Assembly (NCBI RefSeq): GCF_036321535.1
Contig: NC_087436.1
Span: 43,898,001-43,962,000, forward strand
Direction: 5' to 3'
Origin: Camelus dromedarius
Lineage: Eukaryota
DNA length: 64,000 bases
The notes beneath the pieces are model-generated. The model was not told where the DNA came from. It saw only the letters and a program-made list of their open reading frames with translations, and did not search any database. Position numbers and translations under genes: made by a program. Below, piece after piece: positions 37,101 to 51,120 of the stretch. The stretch's first letter is position 1. The number at the start of each line of letters is the position of its first letter.

Positions 37101-39019
37101 TGTTTTTGATAACATTTCCAAGAAATAAAGTTTTATTTTTTTAAAGAGTCACCCAATTTCTCTTTAGTTTACCTCTTTTGGGATTTGATTTCCTTGTTGG
37201 CTTCATTAGCATTTATGGTTTTGAGAAAGAAAATTGCTTGGCTGTGCAGTCTTCAGGTTCTTGATATTTTTTCCCAGTATAAAGCCATGTAACAGTGGAA
37301 TTATGCCCTAAATAATTTTCCAGATCCACATTTAATTAATGAATAGAAATGCTGTAAGAGAATTGAAATGTTATGACCAGTCAGACATCTTCAGGAAAAA
37401 AGATGTGAGTTTTATTTGCTTTTTATAAAAACCCTTAAACCCAGCCAACTTGGTTTAATCAGCTGTTTGCCTCCAGCCCTGAGCCGCGCCTCTATGGTGT
37501 TAGAAAAGAGCCCTGAAGCGGCTAAGGGGAAGACAGCCCATCGGATTATAGATCAGACAGAAACACCCTCAACCCCTCATCTTCTTCTTCGCCCTGAGAC
37601 ACATACGAAGCTCTTTATTTATTTTATACTTGAAATGTCAAAGGCGCCTGGGGGTGGGCCTCTGGCCTGGGGATTGGCAGACCACACTCCTGGGCAGACA
37701 TAATAAAAGTCCACCATGTGGCCGTGTGATTCACACAGCGTGCGCATGTCACCAGCAACTGATGGGTCTTGGCAGGGAGCCTCCTACTGGCCAGGAACAA
37801 GTGCGAACTCACGTTTCCTCTAGTGGCAAGTGACTGTGATGGAGAACAACTCGGATATCCACACACTTTGAGGGCCCAAAGTCAAAAGTATCAATCAGTG
37901 GGACAAGCGTTACACACACCAAACTACCTCAACACAGTGACAACCAAGTCGAGGTCAGCCGCCAGGAGCTCTTTAGGAGAGGAGTTTACAGCAGTATTTT
38001 ACTACTTCTGCATGATGATAAAGGAACAAGAAGTGTCTACAGAGGAAAGTTAGCATGTTTAACATTTTGTTTACTTAGCTCTTGACAGGGCTCCGAAGCA
38101 TCCCACCGCATATACAAAAACAGAGTCCTTGACATGGCTTGTCTTAGCCAGAAAGGCTCAAGCAGAAAACCAGGCCTACTTTGCTCTCTGTGCCTGCAGA
38201 GACCCGGAGGCCCTCACTTCATCAGGCTGGCTTGGAAAATGAGAAGAGTTTTATAATTTCAGGATTCTATGCTTTCTATAAGAGTTCTACCACTGAGTAA
38301 AATGCCACTCGGTCATGGAGCAAGTGTGCCCAGAACGTCAATCACCTGATTTGAGGGATAACTTGATTGGTTTTGAGCCAGTCCACTCACTTTCTTTGGT
38401 AGCTCCTCAAGCGGAAGAACTCCCATTTTCTCTTTTCTCTAATAAAGAGGACAGAGATCTGAGACTTGGTGTTAATTCTATTCTTTGCTTTTAGCTAATG
38501 AAGGAACATTTGCCAGTATAGAATTAACAGTGATACAGAGAATTTTAAAAAAATGAGTAAACCAAAAAAGGCAAGTGAAACACATGAGCTTTTTTACACA
38601 CTCTATTACTGGCCAAAAACTTTTCCTACTGTTTCCTTAATGCTTGGCTTTAATAGCTAACTTAGAGGTTTAAAATATAAATTAATACAAACTGACTATA
38701 TTTGCAAACTCCTGGATGGTTAGTTATGCATTTATTGAGTATCCCTTATATACTGTATTTCAAACTTTTGAAGATTACCAAGAAACAAAATAAACCCTCA
38801 AAGACCTCATTGGGGAAATAAAGTGAGTATATGATTCAACTTGCAAAAAATTCCAAAGCAACATTCTGACCCAAGGATGAATTTACTTAAATGTAGACAA
38901 GTTAGAGAATTCATTCTACCCTTTCCACTATTAGAGAAGAAAAGGCATTTCATAATACATATTGACAAAAAGAAATAGATTTGGCTTGATTATTTAACTT
39001 TTATAAGATTACAATGAGG

Positions 39020-39170
39020 AAGGTAGCAAGTAATATGCTACCAATTTGAAGATAAAGTCAGAAGTTCAGTGATTTGTCCAAGTTCAAATAGCAACTTGGT
39101 GGGATTATCTGCAAGAGTCAGACACAAGATTTTAAACATCAGTCCACTGTGGTTTTACATGAGATCACTC
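39020..39170 (-). mobile_element. MIR fragment
   Basis: gaagttcagtgatttgtccaagttcaaatagc. Confidence 0.55.
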
Positions 39171-40159
39171 TATGTCTTGGCTTTTGTGGGGAAGAAACCA
39201 ATAAAAACACTGGGAAAAAAAAGATATATTATTTTGGTAGACTATTGATTCTATGACAGAAAAGTATAATCCAGTCTGTTTAAAAGAAACAGGCTTCACT
39301 CTCAAATTTTAAAGCACTGAAATAATAACTGCTCTGTTTCTTCTTGGTAAAAGGTATCCTAATTTGACCTTATTCAAGCAGTAATATAATTCCAGGGGGA
39401 CCAATGAAGAGAAAGGAAAGAACTGATGAGGTCTAAGTGGTGATTACATTTATAGATTAATCCTGACAGGGAGCAAATACATCTCCTCCCAGGAGGCCCC
39501 AATATAGCCAACTGAGAAGTGGGGTCATTATTCATGAGCACAGTAGATTTTTCTGATTACAATAAACATTTTAATTACTTTAGGTGAAATATTTTAATGG
39601 TAGCAAACTTAAAAATTAAGCACTGTCTTTTTTGGTCATATTGGCTATGCATGAAATCCATTCTTATTCTTTATACTACTTCACACAGCAATTTGCCTGC
39701 CCTGAAATCAAAATGGCAAAATGGTATACATTTATTAAAAAAGCATTCACATATGAAAACCTGCCAAACCCCACACGGGGAAGAACGGGCCATGTGAGTG
39801 GTCAGCAGCATGGCCACAGAGCAGTTTCATTTCCATCCATGTTCTACTGGGGCCTTTCACATATAATTTCACTTGAAGCTAATAAGTTTGGAAAACACTT
39901 ATCCAAATGAATCAATGAAGATAAGGTAGGAGTAGAATAATGATTCAATTTTTATTTTTCAATGAGATGATAAATTCACATTCTAGGAAGATACTAACAC
40001 ATACCACAAAACACATCCACATACATCACAATGAAAATAATTATGAAAGAATGAAACCTTTGTGTCATGGAAGCAAAATAACTAATTTGGAACATGAGAG
40101 CCAAATACTAAGTTCCTTTAAAAAAAAAAAAAGTGGGGATTTCCTGACTGATAATAATT

Positions 40160-40458
40160 GTCACAGTAAATGATATTAAGGAATCTGTTCATTTTTAAGG
40201 TGAGGTAATAGTACTGTGGTATGTTAAAAAAAAAAAGAGCTCATATCTTTTAGGGAAACATTCTGAAATATTTACAGATGAAATTATATAAAATCTGAGA
40301 TGTAGGGAATGGAGGTATGGAGAAAGTAAGGATATAAATTAGGCAAAATTGGCTACAGGTTGTTAAATGTTGAGGCTGAATCAAAGTACATAGATTTCTT
40401 ATATTGCCCTCAGTACTTTTGTACATATTTGAAGTTTTCCATAATAAAAAATTTTAAA
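40160..40458 (+). mobile_element. L1MC-like 3' end
   Basis: ctgaaatatttacagatgaaat...tacttttgtacatatttgaagttttccataataaaaa. Confidence 0.75.
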
Positions 40459-41274
40459 ATATTCTGTTTTGAGGACTATAAGCAAAAAGGAATGGTTTTG
40501 ATGAACTCTGAGAAGCACAAATGACTATTCTGAAATTATTTTAACCCTGCTTAGTCCCTGCTTTAGACAGCCAACAAAACTGGGCTTTGGCCTCCCTAAT
40601 GTGAAGTAAGCTCTTTAAAGTGACGCTACTGCTTCACCCATTTCTATAATTAAACCCAGACAGTGACTAGTACATTTGGAGCGTCTGCCTAAAAAGTTAA
40701 CAACAACACATTGTGTTTTTCAATCACGGCCCCATCTCACCTACATACCCATCATAAACACTGCTAGGGTACTCTGTTGCATTTCCCAGTTAGTATGTGC
40801 TTTGAAATCACAACCAAATTTTAATGCTATCTTAAGCAAAATACAAACAAAAAGTTAAATGTAGTGCAAAAATAATCATACCAAATACTTCCAAGCCATT
40901 AGCATGGGTAAATGAGCTCTGTCTATAAAAACACAAGAAGCAAGCCCCCTATTAAAATTGTCTTGAGAAATCAGAGTTTACAACTGTGAGGAAATAGTGA
41001 GGCTATACCTGCTTTTACCAAAATTATGTGAAATGCTGCTATTCGTCTACTTTCTACGGAATTAAAAAGTTACTTTTTAATTGAAAGAAAAATTCCAAAC
41101 TGTGGAAGGAAAATCTCCAACTTTATCTGCCCTTAACATTTTTTTTTAATATGAAAAAATAGTCTGATGATTTGTGATGATGTGAATGTTCACGGTATTT
41201 GAACTAATTTAACTATTTTAAATCCACAGTTTGCTGTCACAGACACCACCGAAAGGCGGGGTGGAGAGGGCACG

Positions 41275-41480
41275 TTTCATTGGTTGAACACTTTCTATGC
41301 TTTAGGTGCTGTGTACCTCAGATACAAACCCTTAGGATGTAGGCTTTATTATTCCCACTTGAGAGAGGAGAAAGTTAAGGGTCATGGAGGTTAAGTCATT
41401 TGCCCAAGGTCACATATTGAATAAAGGACATATTCAGAATTTCCAGAAGATTTTGACCCCATGGGTGTTTTTAAAGCCAC
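41275..41480 (-). mobile_element. MIR SINE
   Basis: tattattcccacttt...gaggttaagtcatttgcccaaggtcaca. Confidence 0.8.
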
Positions 41481-42814
41481 TTGCCTTCCAGCTTACTAAC
41501 ATAGTCCTGAAAATTTCAAAAGGTATCAATACATAGAAAGATAGGATTAATGGAAGTCCTTCTAAGTACTCTTATTATACTTTCAATAAAGTAATTCTAT
41601 AAATACATATGTGTATATTACACATGTGCTCTTCCACTTTACTAATAGATCAATTTCTACCCAGCCTGGTCCAAAGAAAGTTAATCAAATTTCACAATTT
41701 CCCCTAAATATACTAGTGAGAGACAGCTGAAAAGTCAGAGACCAATTCTACTATTTTCATGTTGGGAAGACAATTGCTTACAACTGAATTCTCTCTAGAC
41801 TTCAACCAGCAATAATTCAGGCCAGAACACACTCTGCTGTCACACTCTATCTTCTCCAAGTTCGGGGGAGTTTTGTCTCATAAGGATAATTAAAGACATG
41901 GTAGTGCCACTTGCTAGGATTTCTCTCTTTCTCATTTACCTCTTATAAAAGAAGAAACTTTAGTTTAAAGATTAGATTTTTTTTCCTTTTTCTAAAGCTG
42001 GGTATACCAACTGGCATGGGCTGTATTAAAATCAGGAGAAACCTCAATCAAAAAGCCCCTCTCGGAAGGCAGGCTTTCTTGTTAATATGCGCCAACATGA
42101 AAGGCTTTCTTTTCATCCTATACAACTACAGTGTGTGTAAATTGCAGGGGGCTCATTGGCATAAATCTCGGCAGCGACCTCTGAGGTAAACTGGATTTAC
42201 ATTACTTTCTGACAAGAATTAAATGAAGGCCTTGTGGATATATGAACAGCCTTCTAGGCTGCAACAGATGGGCATGAATGTGCTCCCTAGGAAAACTATC
42301 AGTGACATCTGTGTCCTCCAAATTCTGGTGGTCTCAGCCAATTAACAGAGGGGAAGAAAAGGTGGGGGCTGGGAGGCCACTGCACAGCCCCCAGCCAAAG
42401 CCTAGGCAGCAGTGTTTGTGTTTGGAGATGGGATCAGGCTGGCCTGAAGCAGTGAGGTTAGCACTTTATTGTTATCATTCAAATGGAGAATGAGGCTTAC
42501 AAGCTATTTGTATACCACAGTGAGGATAATATGATTTTTCTCATTTGACCAGAGGAGATGGCCCTCTCTTGCAGCTGATATCATATTTCAGTGCAATCTT
42601 TTTGAGACGGGTGTTTACTTTTGTCTCTTCTGGGGCAGGCTGATGGGGTTGCTGTCTGCCAGTTTATGTGGCGCATTCACATATCACAAAGCAGGTGAAC
42701 TCTAAGACAAAACAGAGATCTTTCCCCCAAACAGTCTTCCTCAAAATCTATTTATTTCCTCCTCCAAAGTAGCGTTTGTTGATTTCACAAGGAGGTCAAA
42801 ATCAAGGTTTTCTG

Positions 42815-43086
42815 CAAACTTATGGTTACCAGGGGAAAGGGGGCGGGAAGGGATAAATTGGGAGTTCGAGATTTGTAGATACTAACTACTATATATAAAA
42901 TAGATAAACACCAAGTTTATACTGTATAGCACAGGGAGCTATATTCAATATCTCATAGTGACTTACGGTGAAAGAGAATATGAAAATGAATGTATGTATG
43001 TTCATGTATGAAGCATTGTGCTGTACACCAGAAATTGATACAACATTGTAAACTGACTATACTTCAATAAAAATATAGATACAAAA
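42815..43086 (+). mobile_element. Young camelid-type L1 3' end with perfect 17-bp TSD
   Basis: caaacttatggttaccaggggaaagggggcgggaagggataaattgggagttcgagattt...gactatacttcaataaaaa; TSD aaaatcaaggttttctg at 42798-42814 and 43087-43103. Confidence 0.95.
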
Positions 43087-43459
43087 AAAATCAAGGTTTT
43101 CTGGTTAAAACAAAGTCAAGAGAAATTACATCAGAGAACTTTAATGAAGTGATGAAGGATTCCTTGAAAAGACAGCATAATGAACCATGAACCCTACTGT
43201 CTGAATTTATCAGTTTTGCTATGCTGATCCCCCTGTGTTTAATATGCAAGGCAGAAGGAAAACTGGATGACCCTAGGCAGATGATAGGATCCCCCTTGTG
43301 CTCTCTCATCTCATTTTCTTGGATTGCATGGACCAAATGACCAGGACTAGGGAGCTGAAAGGATGGCAGGGGAGATGAGAACTAACATTTACTTGTTCAG
43401 TATCAGAAGGAATTAGAAGAGGACTATTTAGATTTTCTAGGTTCTGTGTCTTCTAGGCC

Positions 43460-43995
43460 CAAGCATTAAGAACAGAGGCTTTGGACCCAAACTACCCATG
43501 TCCATCTCCACCACTTCCTGGATATGAGACAAAAGGCAAGTTACTTCCTTGTGCCTCAGTTTCCTCATCTGTAAAATCAAGCAAATAATCGTATCTACCT
43601 CTTTTTTTTAAATTGAAGTACAGTCAGTTATAATGTGTCAATTTCTAGTGTACAGCACAATGTCCCAGTCATAATAGACATACATATATTTGTTTTCATA
43701 TTCTTTTACATTATAGGTTACTGTAAGATATTGAATATAGCTCCCTGTGCTATACAGAAGAAATTTTTTTTAAATCTATTTTATACATAGTAGTTAATAT
43801 TTACAAATCTCAAAATCCCAATTTATCCCTTTCCACCCCCTTTTCCCCCTTGGAAGCCATTAGTTCATTTACTATGTCTGTGAGTCTGTTTGTTTTGTCG
43901 ATAAGTTCATTAGTGTCTTCTTTTTCCTTTTTTTTTTTTTAGATTCTACATCTTAATAAGGATGAAATAATCTAATACGTGGAAAAATGCTTCTG
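43460..43995 (+). mobile_element. MIR SINE interrupted by L1
   Basis: ggcaagttacttccttgtgcctcagtttcctcatctgtaaaat; the MIR resumes at aggatgaaataatctaatacgtgg. Confidence 0.8.
43604..43944 (-). mobile_element. Camelid-type L1 3' end
   Basis: aattgaagtacagtcagttataatgtgtcaatttctagtgtacagc...cccaatttatccct; flanks tctacctctt (43594-43603) / tctacatctt (43945-43954). Confidence 0.9.
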
Positions 43996-46900
43996 ACATT
44001 GTTTGAGGGCTATTTTTATCCTGACTTTATGGAGAGGAGTATTGAGGGCCTAAGGGTAACGTCCTGGGCCTCTAAACTAGTTTTTCAAATGACTTTTCAA
44101 AAGAAACTATTTATATTGCTCTTACGAGCTTAAGGTCATGTTTTAAAATTACATATTTCCTTTAATGTAGAAGATTTTGAAATTATGATTGGCTAAAATG
44201 AACTAATTTTCAATACCATCTAGATATCTCTAAATTATAAAATAGTCTGTCTAGAGGCTAATAAAATGATATATTTAGAACCCCCCAAATTTAAGCCATT
44301 TGTTTGAACTTTGTTTTCTTAGTTGTAGAAACAGAAGTAAGCAGCTTGTGCTGTAGTAAACTGAGGTTATTATACGCAGAGTTTTAGAAGACAATGGCTA
44401 ATTGTGATAGCTTGGATGTAAACTACTTACCCCTTTGTCAGTGGTATTGTTTAAAACACAATAATTCCATATAGCAACTGTTTAGAACAACAACAACAAC
44501 AAAAGGAGGGCAAAAAGGGCGAGTGGACCTTCTAACGAGAACCCCTGTCTAGCTGTACATGTTCATCTTGCTGTGTTTTTAAAGCAAATTTTCACTTATT
44601 GATTCTTCGCCTCTTACTCTTTGCTCTGCATGACTTTCTAATGGTGCAGGTGTCAGAACTTGAGCAAGCTGAGCCTCAGCAGTGTAGGGTTGCTTTTAGG
44701 GGAAGCCAAATTATTGGTCCACAAAGAAGTCACTCACTCTTTCCCCATTACTCATATGCTGGCTTTCAAAACCCATGGATTTCATGGTGAGGATGAAGAC
44801 AGTTGTGGGCACAATTTTTATACAAATTGTGAAGTTTTTTTTCATCTTTATCAGGCTGCAACACCAAATATAATTTTGCCTTATTCTGTTGGTATAGTAT
44901 CTTCATGTTGAGCTATAAACAGCAGAGGGGTCTTTGTCTGCATAGAGGTTCAGAAGAGACTTGATACTAAACAAAAGCACCTGTTGTTTCGTTCCTGCGA
45001 TGGCCTCAGAAGTGACCAGTTGGCTACATTTCCCCCACACTCCTCCTTAGGCTTTTCCCAACACTACCGTCTCACACATCATTACTGGACGTAAAAGGAG
45101 AATAATTGAGGAGAAGATCAATAAATTTAAAAGCTCTTTAAGGAAAGACATAATGAATTTGGTACAGCACATATTTTTAGATCAAAGATGCCTTTGAAGT
45201 GACAAAACCGTAATCCATAAACTACTGAAGCACTTCCTTTCTCTCCCAAACTGCTTGTTGTCAAATAAAATGGAAGTTAAGGAAATTATCTTTATCTGAA
45301 AATGGCCAAAAGAAGCCATCACCTAATGACAGCCTTGTCACAAGCGACAATTGGGGAAATTGTCAGGAAGGCAAGGCCTAACAAGCAGAGGAGTGGGCTT
45401 GCTGTTTGCACTAATCTGGCCATGCAGCCCCCACACACAATCCCAGTCAGCTTGCTGTGTGAAACAGCTAAGGCTTTGTCAGCAGTGGCAAAGACTGGAA
45501 AGAGTGCTGTTTCATGAATATGTATTACCATCCCTCCATGTCTACAGAGACAAACCCTTCAAAACTGAGATATAAAACACACACATCCACACCACCAACC
45601 AACAAAAACCAAGAAAACCTAAGCTACTCGGTTGAGTGTAGTGAAATGCTAGTAACTAATGAAAGATCACGCGTTGGAAATCGAGCTATAGGCACCCAGT
45701 TCCATGTGTTTGCAGGATCTTTATTTCTCAGCCATTGTGATGAAATCTTTAGGGGGCTTTCAGTCTTTAAGAACCACGTCTATGGATTCCAAAACGCTAC
45801 ACACAATTACATGGTTTGCAAATCACACACCTTAGAATTCACCTTTCCAATGCCAAATATGTTCTGAAATTCTCAATATGTGAAAATAACTTTCATATTA
45901 ATTGAGTACATGTGCAGTTTTAAGAAATCAATCAAATCTCACACTGGCTTCCTATGAAGTAGTAAAAACACTATGTGGAGAATTATGATAAAGATACAAT
46001 TGTCCAACACTGAGCAGAAAGACATTGTGCTGGCAAAAAGTAAAAACTGCAAATAAGAAATTTTAAGGTGTAACGGGAAAAAGATCCACTCTGCAAACCA
46101 TTTGTAATCCTACAATGGTGTTCAAAAATGCTGTTAAAAATGTTTTTGACTCCATATTTTAGATATATCCATTTCTACAGAGATGAGTTATTTCACATCC
46201 ATCTTTTGGACATAGATCTAATAATATGTTTCTGATTGACTGAACTTTGACTTTGCTACTGACATGGCAATTTAGTTTAAATATAAATATAAATGAATAT
46301 ATCTATATTTAAATTCACTTTTCATAGCAGCAGATGCATAAGGCAGAAAAATATAATGTTTCTTTTTTACTTTTTCTTCTGATATGATAAAGTTTGGTTT
46401 CCCACTGTGCCAGAGACAAAGCTCAGTTTTGAGAGGTTTCGATATTACGCAATGTTTGCTGTAGACATTTACATTTCATTAGCATATTCTGCTCCACGTG
46501 AAATCCAGCGCTGAATGCTCCCAGCACACTAAGGCTAATCCTCTTTAAAGAGCGACAGGCTACATTACATGTGGCCACAGCGGCAGCCGAGCCATCGAGC
46601 CATCGCTGCATCACTTTGAAGACGACGAACAGAGTTCTCTTGTGAGTCTGTCGGTACCCGGCCTCACAACCACTGCTTTCTGTGCTGTGAAACCCTTCTG
46701 TTTTCATCAAGGAGAATTACGAGGAGGCCGAAGTCCACGTTCCAATTCTGAAAGCTGGGCTGCACTTGAAGAGGAGATATTATGCTGATTTCACTTTTTC
46801 CTAAGTGTCTATCTACAACCTTTTCAATTAAGATTAAAATGAACTATATCCAAGTATTTTTGGTCCTTTGATTAGAAGCAAGCGCTAACCACATCTTCTG

Positions 46901-48379
46901 TCCAGGGAATCTGATCCTGGATAATCAGAGGAAAGGGACTCAGTGATGCCACAGGTCTTTTTTCCTTTACCCTTATTTTTACAGGATAACATTAAACATT
47001 CAGATGCAGTTATTTGTAGTAGCTCACTTTCCTACAAAGATGACTCAGCTGGCATTAGCTAAGCAGCAGACAGATAATCCAGAATCCAATTTCAACAAAA
47101 TATAAGGAACTAAAAATTGTACAGCATTGCAGAAAATGTAATTTTTTAAGTTAAAAACAAAGGAAAAGGAGTAAGTACATCCCTCTACTGATGCTATTCT
47201 CTTGTTGATGCTTAGTTTATGTTATCAACAAGATTGGTCTTATTTGTTTTTCTTATTTTATAAGTAATTTGTAAAAAATGGTTTCTAAATTGTTCATAAT
47301 TTTGAAAATAATTATTTGGTAAAAATTGCTATTGAAGATGTCCATTATACTGCTTAATGTTATTTTACTTAAAGTCCTACATTCTAAATTCTCCTATGAT
47401 TAAAACAGGAGACACTTTCATTTTCATGTCAAGTGGAAATATTTCTTTTTATTAGATTATGAGGATTTAAACCTCATCATGTTGTCCCTTTTCGCCTTTA
47501 CTCCCAGGAAGCTCAGGTTTTGTGATCAGTTCCATGCTGTCCTTCACTTAGATAATCTTGAATAAACCATCTAACCCAGACCCTTCATTCCTTGGTCCAC
47601 CTTCTTCTTTACCAGTGGCTTAATAGTTGAATGTGTGTGTCTCATTATATGTAATTTCAAATATTTTTGAACATGTGTGCAAGTTAAAATACATTTCACA
47701 ATACTGTTCCCTATTTAATTTGGTCCATCTCTTCACAAGCATATGTTAGAAAGCCTTTATGGAACAATGGAAAGAATCCAGCATTTGGAGTTAAATAGGC
47801 CTGGATTTGTTGTACACCTACTATGTGGCAGGAATTATTTGCCTGCCCTTCTGGGGTAACTGAATGGTGAGGCAGGCATGGCTGTGGGCAACTCTAGTAC
47901 TTTTTTTCAGTCACTAAAGAAAACTTTGCTATGAGTTTTCATATTGTACCCCACTTTAATCCCAGCAATATCTAAATTCAGACTTAAGTTTTATTTATAA
48001 TTAGTATGATTCTCTGCTTATTCTTATATTCCAGTCACTTCTAAGGTAAAACATACTCTAAAAGACTCTATTGCAGACATCTAGATGTTAGCAAATACCT
48101 TTCCTAGGTGGTGGCCTCCTTCTGTGTCTGCACCACTTTAAAAGTTTTAAAGCATCTCTTCTGTGTGATTTTCCTGCTCTCTCTTACACCTCTTCCCAAG
48201 TGTCTGCTAGTGCCACCTTTCCCCCACACTTCTAATTTAAACAGAGTAGGAAGTAGAGAACTGGGTGTATTTAAAATTGTTTATGATATTTTACTCAAAA
48301 ACTGTCTTAGAAAAATACTACTAAGTATGAATATACTTAAGAATAAAAAAATGACATAAAATAGTATATTAATCAAAAT

Positions 48380-49760
48380 GATTTACAGAATGCAAATCCT
48401 TAGGCAGTTCTTCAAGCATATATACTCAAATGTGTGTTACTGCTGAATGCTTCTAAAAATCGATAATATTGTAGGACCAAAAGAAACTCCATAAATCTAC
48501 AAGAGGAAAAAAATATTTGACCACAATTTATAAAAGCTCTAGATTATGGACAAAAATTTAAATATAAAATTGGCTCACTTAGAAATTTCAACAGCACTCA
48601 CAAGTCATCTCGCTCTCATTTTCCAATACATTTTCAAACTTAAGGGGTGCAACCGAAACTATAACCAAAATAAAATCCAAAGCCTGACAACCTTTTATAA
48701 TAAAAATGAAGAAGTATGAACTGTGTTTTCATCTTAAAGAATGGAAGTAACAAACCAAGTCTTAGGGAAGCAGGAGGAATGAATAAGCGTAAATTGTTTC
48801 AAAATAATTATTTATAAAATAGTAAATAAATCAAAATGATAGTAATTTGAAAAGGCCAATAAATTGGATTTCAGGAAAACCTAATGGAAAAAAAGAAGAG
48901 AGAATCTTTTCAGATTGGGAAAAGTGGTATAAACTTAAGAAGTATAAGAGACTACTATGTACAAATCCACATGAAAATGTGAACATTTGCATAAACGGAA
49001 TACGTTCTAGGACAATTTTGATATCCTATGAAAACTGAAAAAAATCTAAGATCTAATTAAGACTAGGTGAAAACAATTCTCTTATTTTCTTTTTTTTAAT
49101 GGTAACGAACTGCTTTCCAAATGAAGTATAACACAATCAGAAAATTATATGAACACTAAGTATACAAAGTGAACACATCTGTCTGTTAACCAGCTCAAGA
49201 GAATGAATATTTCCAATATCCTAAAAGTACAATTTGTATATCTGCCCATTCCATAACCTTTCTATTTTCCCTAAATGTAACTACTAAACTGAATTCTAAC
49301 ACCATAGATTAATTTCACCCATTTTTGAAAAAATTCTCTTATTTTCAAGAAAGGTGCCAGGTTCAGATGACATCAGAGTCAACTTCTACGAAATCTTTCG
49401 GATTTATGTGATTTCCAGGATATTCAAATTATTATAGAGGACAGAAGAATACAAAAGACACCTCCAGTGCTGACATAAAACTATTATTAATAGTTGACCA
49501 AGACAATGGACAAAAAAGATAAGCAAAGTAAAGATAGGGATAAAAAAATAAAGATAAAGATAACTATAGCAGACACATCCCTCCAAAATATAAACCACCA
49601 AATATTAACTTAATAAGACGTGAATCTGAACCATACTTGGAAAGAAAACTTTTTTGAGGTGAATGGAAGAAAAATAAACAACGAAGTAATATTTGTGGAT
49701 TCAGAGCTTTGATATTTTAAAGATGTCATTCTCTCCAAAATCATCTATACTTCTTACAAA
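48380..49760 (+). mobile_element. Very old L1 ORF2 fragments, with an opposite-strand L1 3' piece at about 49110-49330
   Basis: ttcttcaagcatatat...; aggtgccaggttcagatgaca; atattttaaagatgtcattctctccaaaatcatctata. Confidence 0.55.
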
Positions 49761-49799
49761 CTTAACTTAAAAAGTTCCAACAGGATAAATTTAGAGCTA

Positions 49800-50218
49800 G
49801 TATATACTGAACTGTTTTCACAGTTAACCAATTTTCCAGGAGAAAAAGAAACCCCAGGTTTGCAGCATTTGCTGATTTCTGTGGTGTAAATATTTCTACC
49901 ATGGCTGCTATCAAGCTCTCAATGTGAGATCTCTGAAAATAGAGTTGGGAAGAGATATGCAATAACTCACTTTATGCAGTGTGTCCACCAGGCAAATGCA
50001 ACAGACACAAGTAACCTCAAAAGCACAGATAATAGTAAAATACCAGGAAAATAACTAGGAAATAAAATTTTTTCTTTGTCTTCAAGTAATTTATTAATTT
50101 TAAGTTTATACATTTAGTTCATAATGATGGTGTATTTAACAAATGGCTCATCAAATTCTTTACATTTTAATAATTGGCTCTCTTGAGCCAGTAGTGCCAG
50201 AGCTCCAGCAAGCCGCTA
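49800..50218 (-). mobile_element. MER63(B)-like hAT-Blackjack element
   Basis: tttgcagcatttgctgatttctgtggtgtaaatatttctaccatggctg...gagttgggaagagat...aattggctctcttgagccagta...gctccagca. Confidence 0.8.
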
Positions 50219-50524
50219 AGAGGGATCATGAAAAGTTTCTGATGAAGACAGACTTTAAAAAATTAAGCTTTACGAAGATTAATATGATGGCAGTGAGCTA
50301 GTTGTCACTTCTTTTCAAGTTTTATAAATTCTATTCCAAAAATTTTGAATGACTCCAATCATATCTTAGCTGTCACCATTTTATTAGTGATGAAGCTGGC
50401 ATATATAAACAGAAGTGATTGTTCTTTCTTCATAGAATTATTATACTGTAGTCAGAAAAGGCAGAAAATTACAAAAATTGTCAAGGATACAGAGAAATAT
50501 ATCCTTGTAATGCAAATACAAAGA

Positions 50525-51120
50525 CACTTTGACAGGTTCTTTAAAAATTAAACATAAAAAACTTACCATAAAAACCTGTAATTCCACTTAACCAAGAGAA
50601 AGAAAAGGTATTTACCCAAGATAAATGAAACATATGTCCACCCCAAGACTTGCCTGTGAATGTTCAGAGCAGCATTATTCATCACAGTCAAAAAGTAGAA
50701 ACAACCCTAATGTCCATCAGCTGACTGATAAAAGGATAAACAAAATGTAGTATATCCATACAGAAGAATATTATTCAGCAATAAAAAGGAACTTGCTACA
50801 ACACAGATGAACCTCAAAAATATGCTAAGTGAAAGGCGCCAGACACAAAAAACCCCCACATATTTTGTGATTCTATTTATGAGAAATTTTAAGAAAAGGC
50901 AAATCAAGAGAGATGGAAAGAGGACTATTGGGGGCTGGGGATGGGAACAAGGATTAAACGTAAATGAGCATGAGGGATCTTATTTGGGTGATTAAAATGT
51001 TCTAAAACTGGATTGTATGATATTTGCATAACTTGATAAATTCACTAAGGAGAATTTAACTATACTTAAAATGAGTAAATTTTACTGTATGTAAGTTATA
51101 TCTCAATAAAGATGTTAAAA
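50525..51120 (+). mobile_element. L1MB/L1ME-type 3' end
   Basis: gaatgttcagagcagcattattcat...gaaacaaccctaatgtccatca...atgctaagtgaaag...aatgttctaaaactgg...tatatctcaataaag. Confidence 0.9.

Noticed and set aside
40135..40144. NF-kB site GGGGATTTCC
   Set aside because: An isolated match between an A-run and an L1 fragment. A rough base-composition estimate predicts a few such matches per 64 kb by chance.
46423..46710. 95-aa ORF as a pseudogene or ALPK1 exon
   Set aside because: The AAAVA stretch only superficially resembles ALPK1 sequence, no homology is recognisable, and it lies upstream of the start codon. It is kept only as part of the CpG-patch finding.
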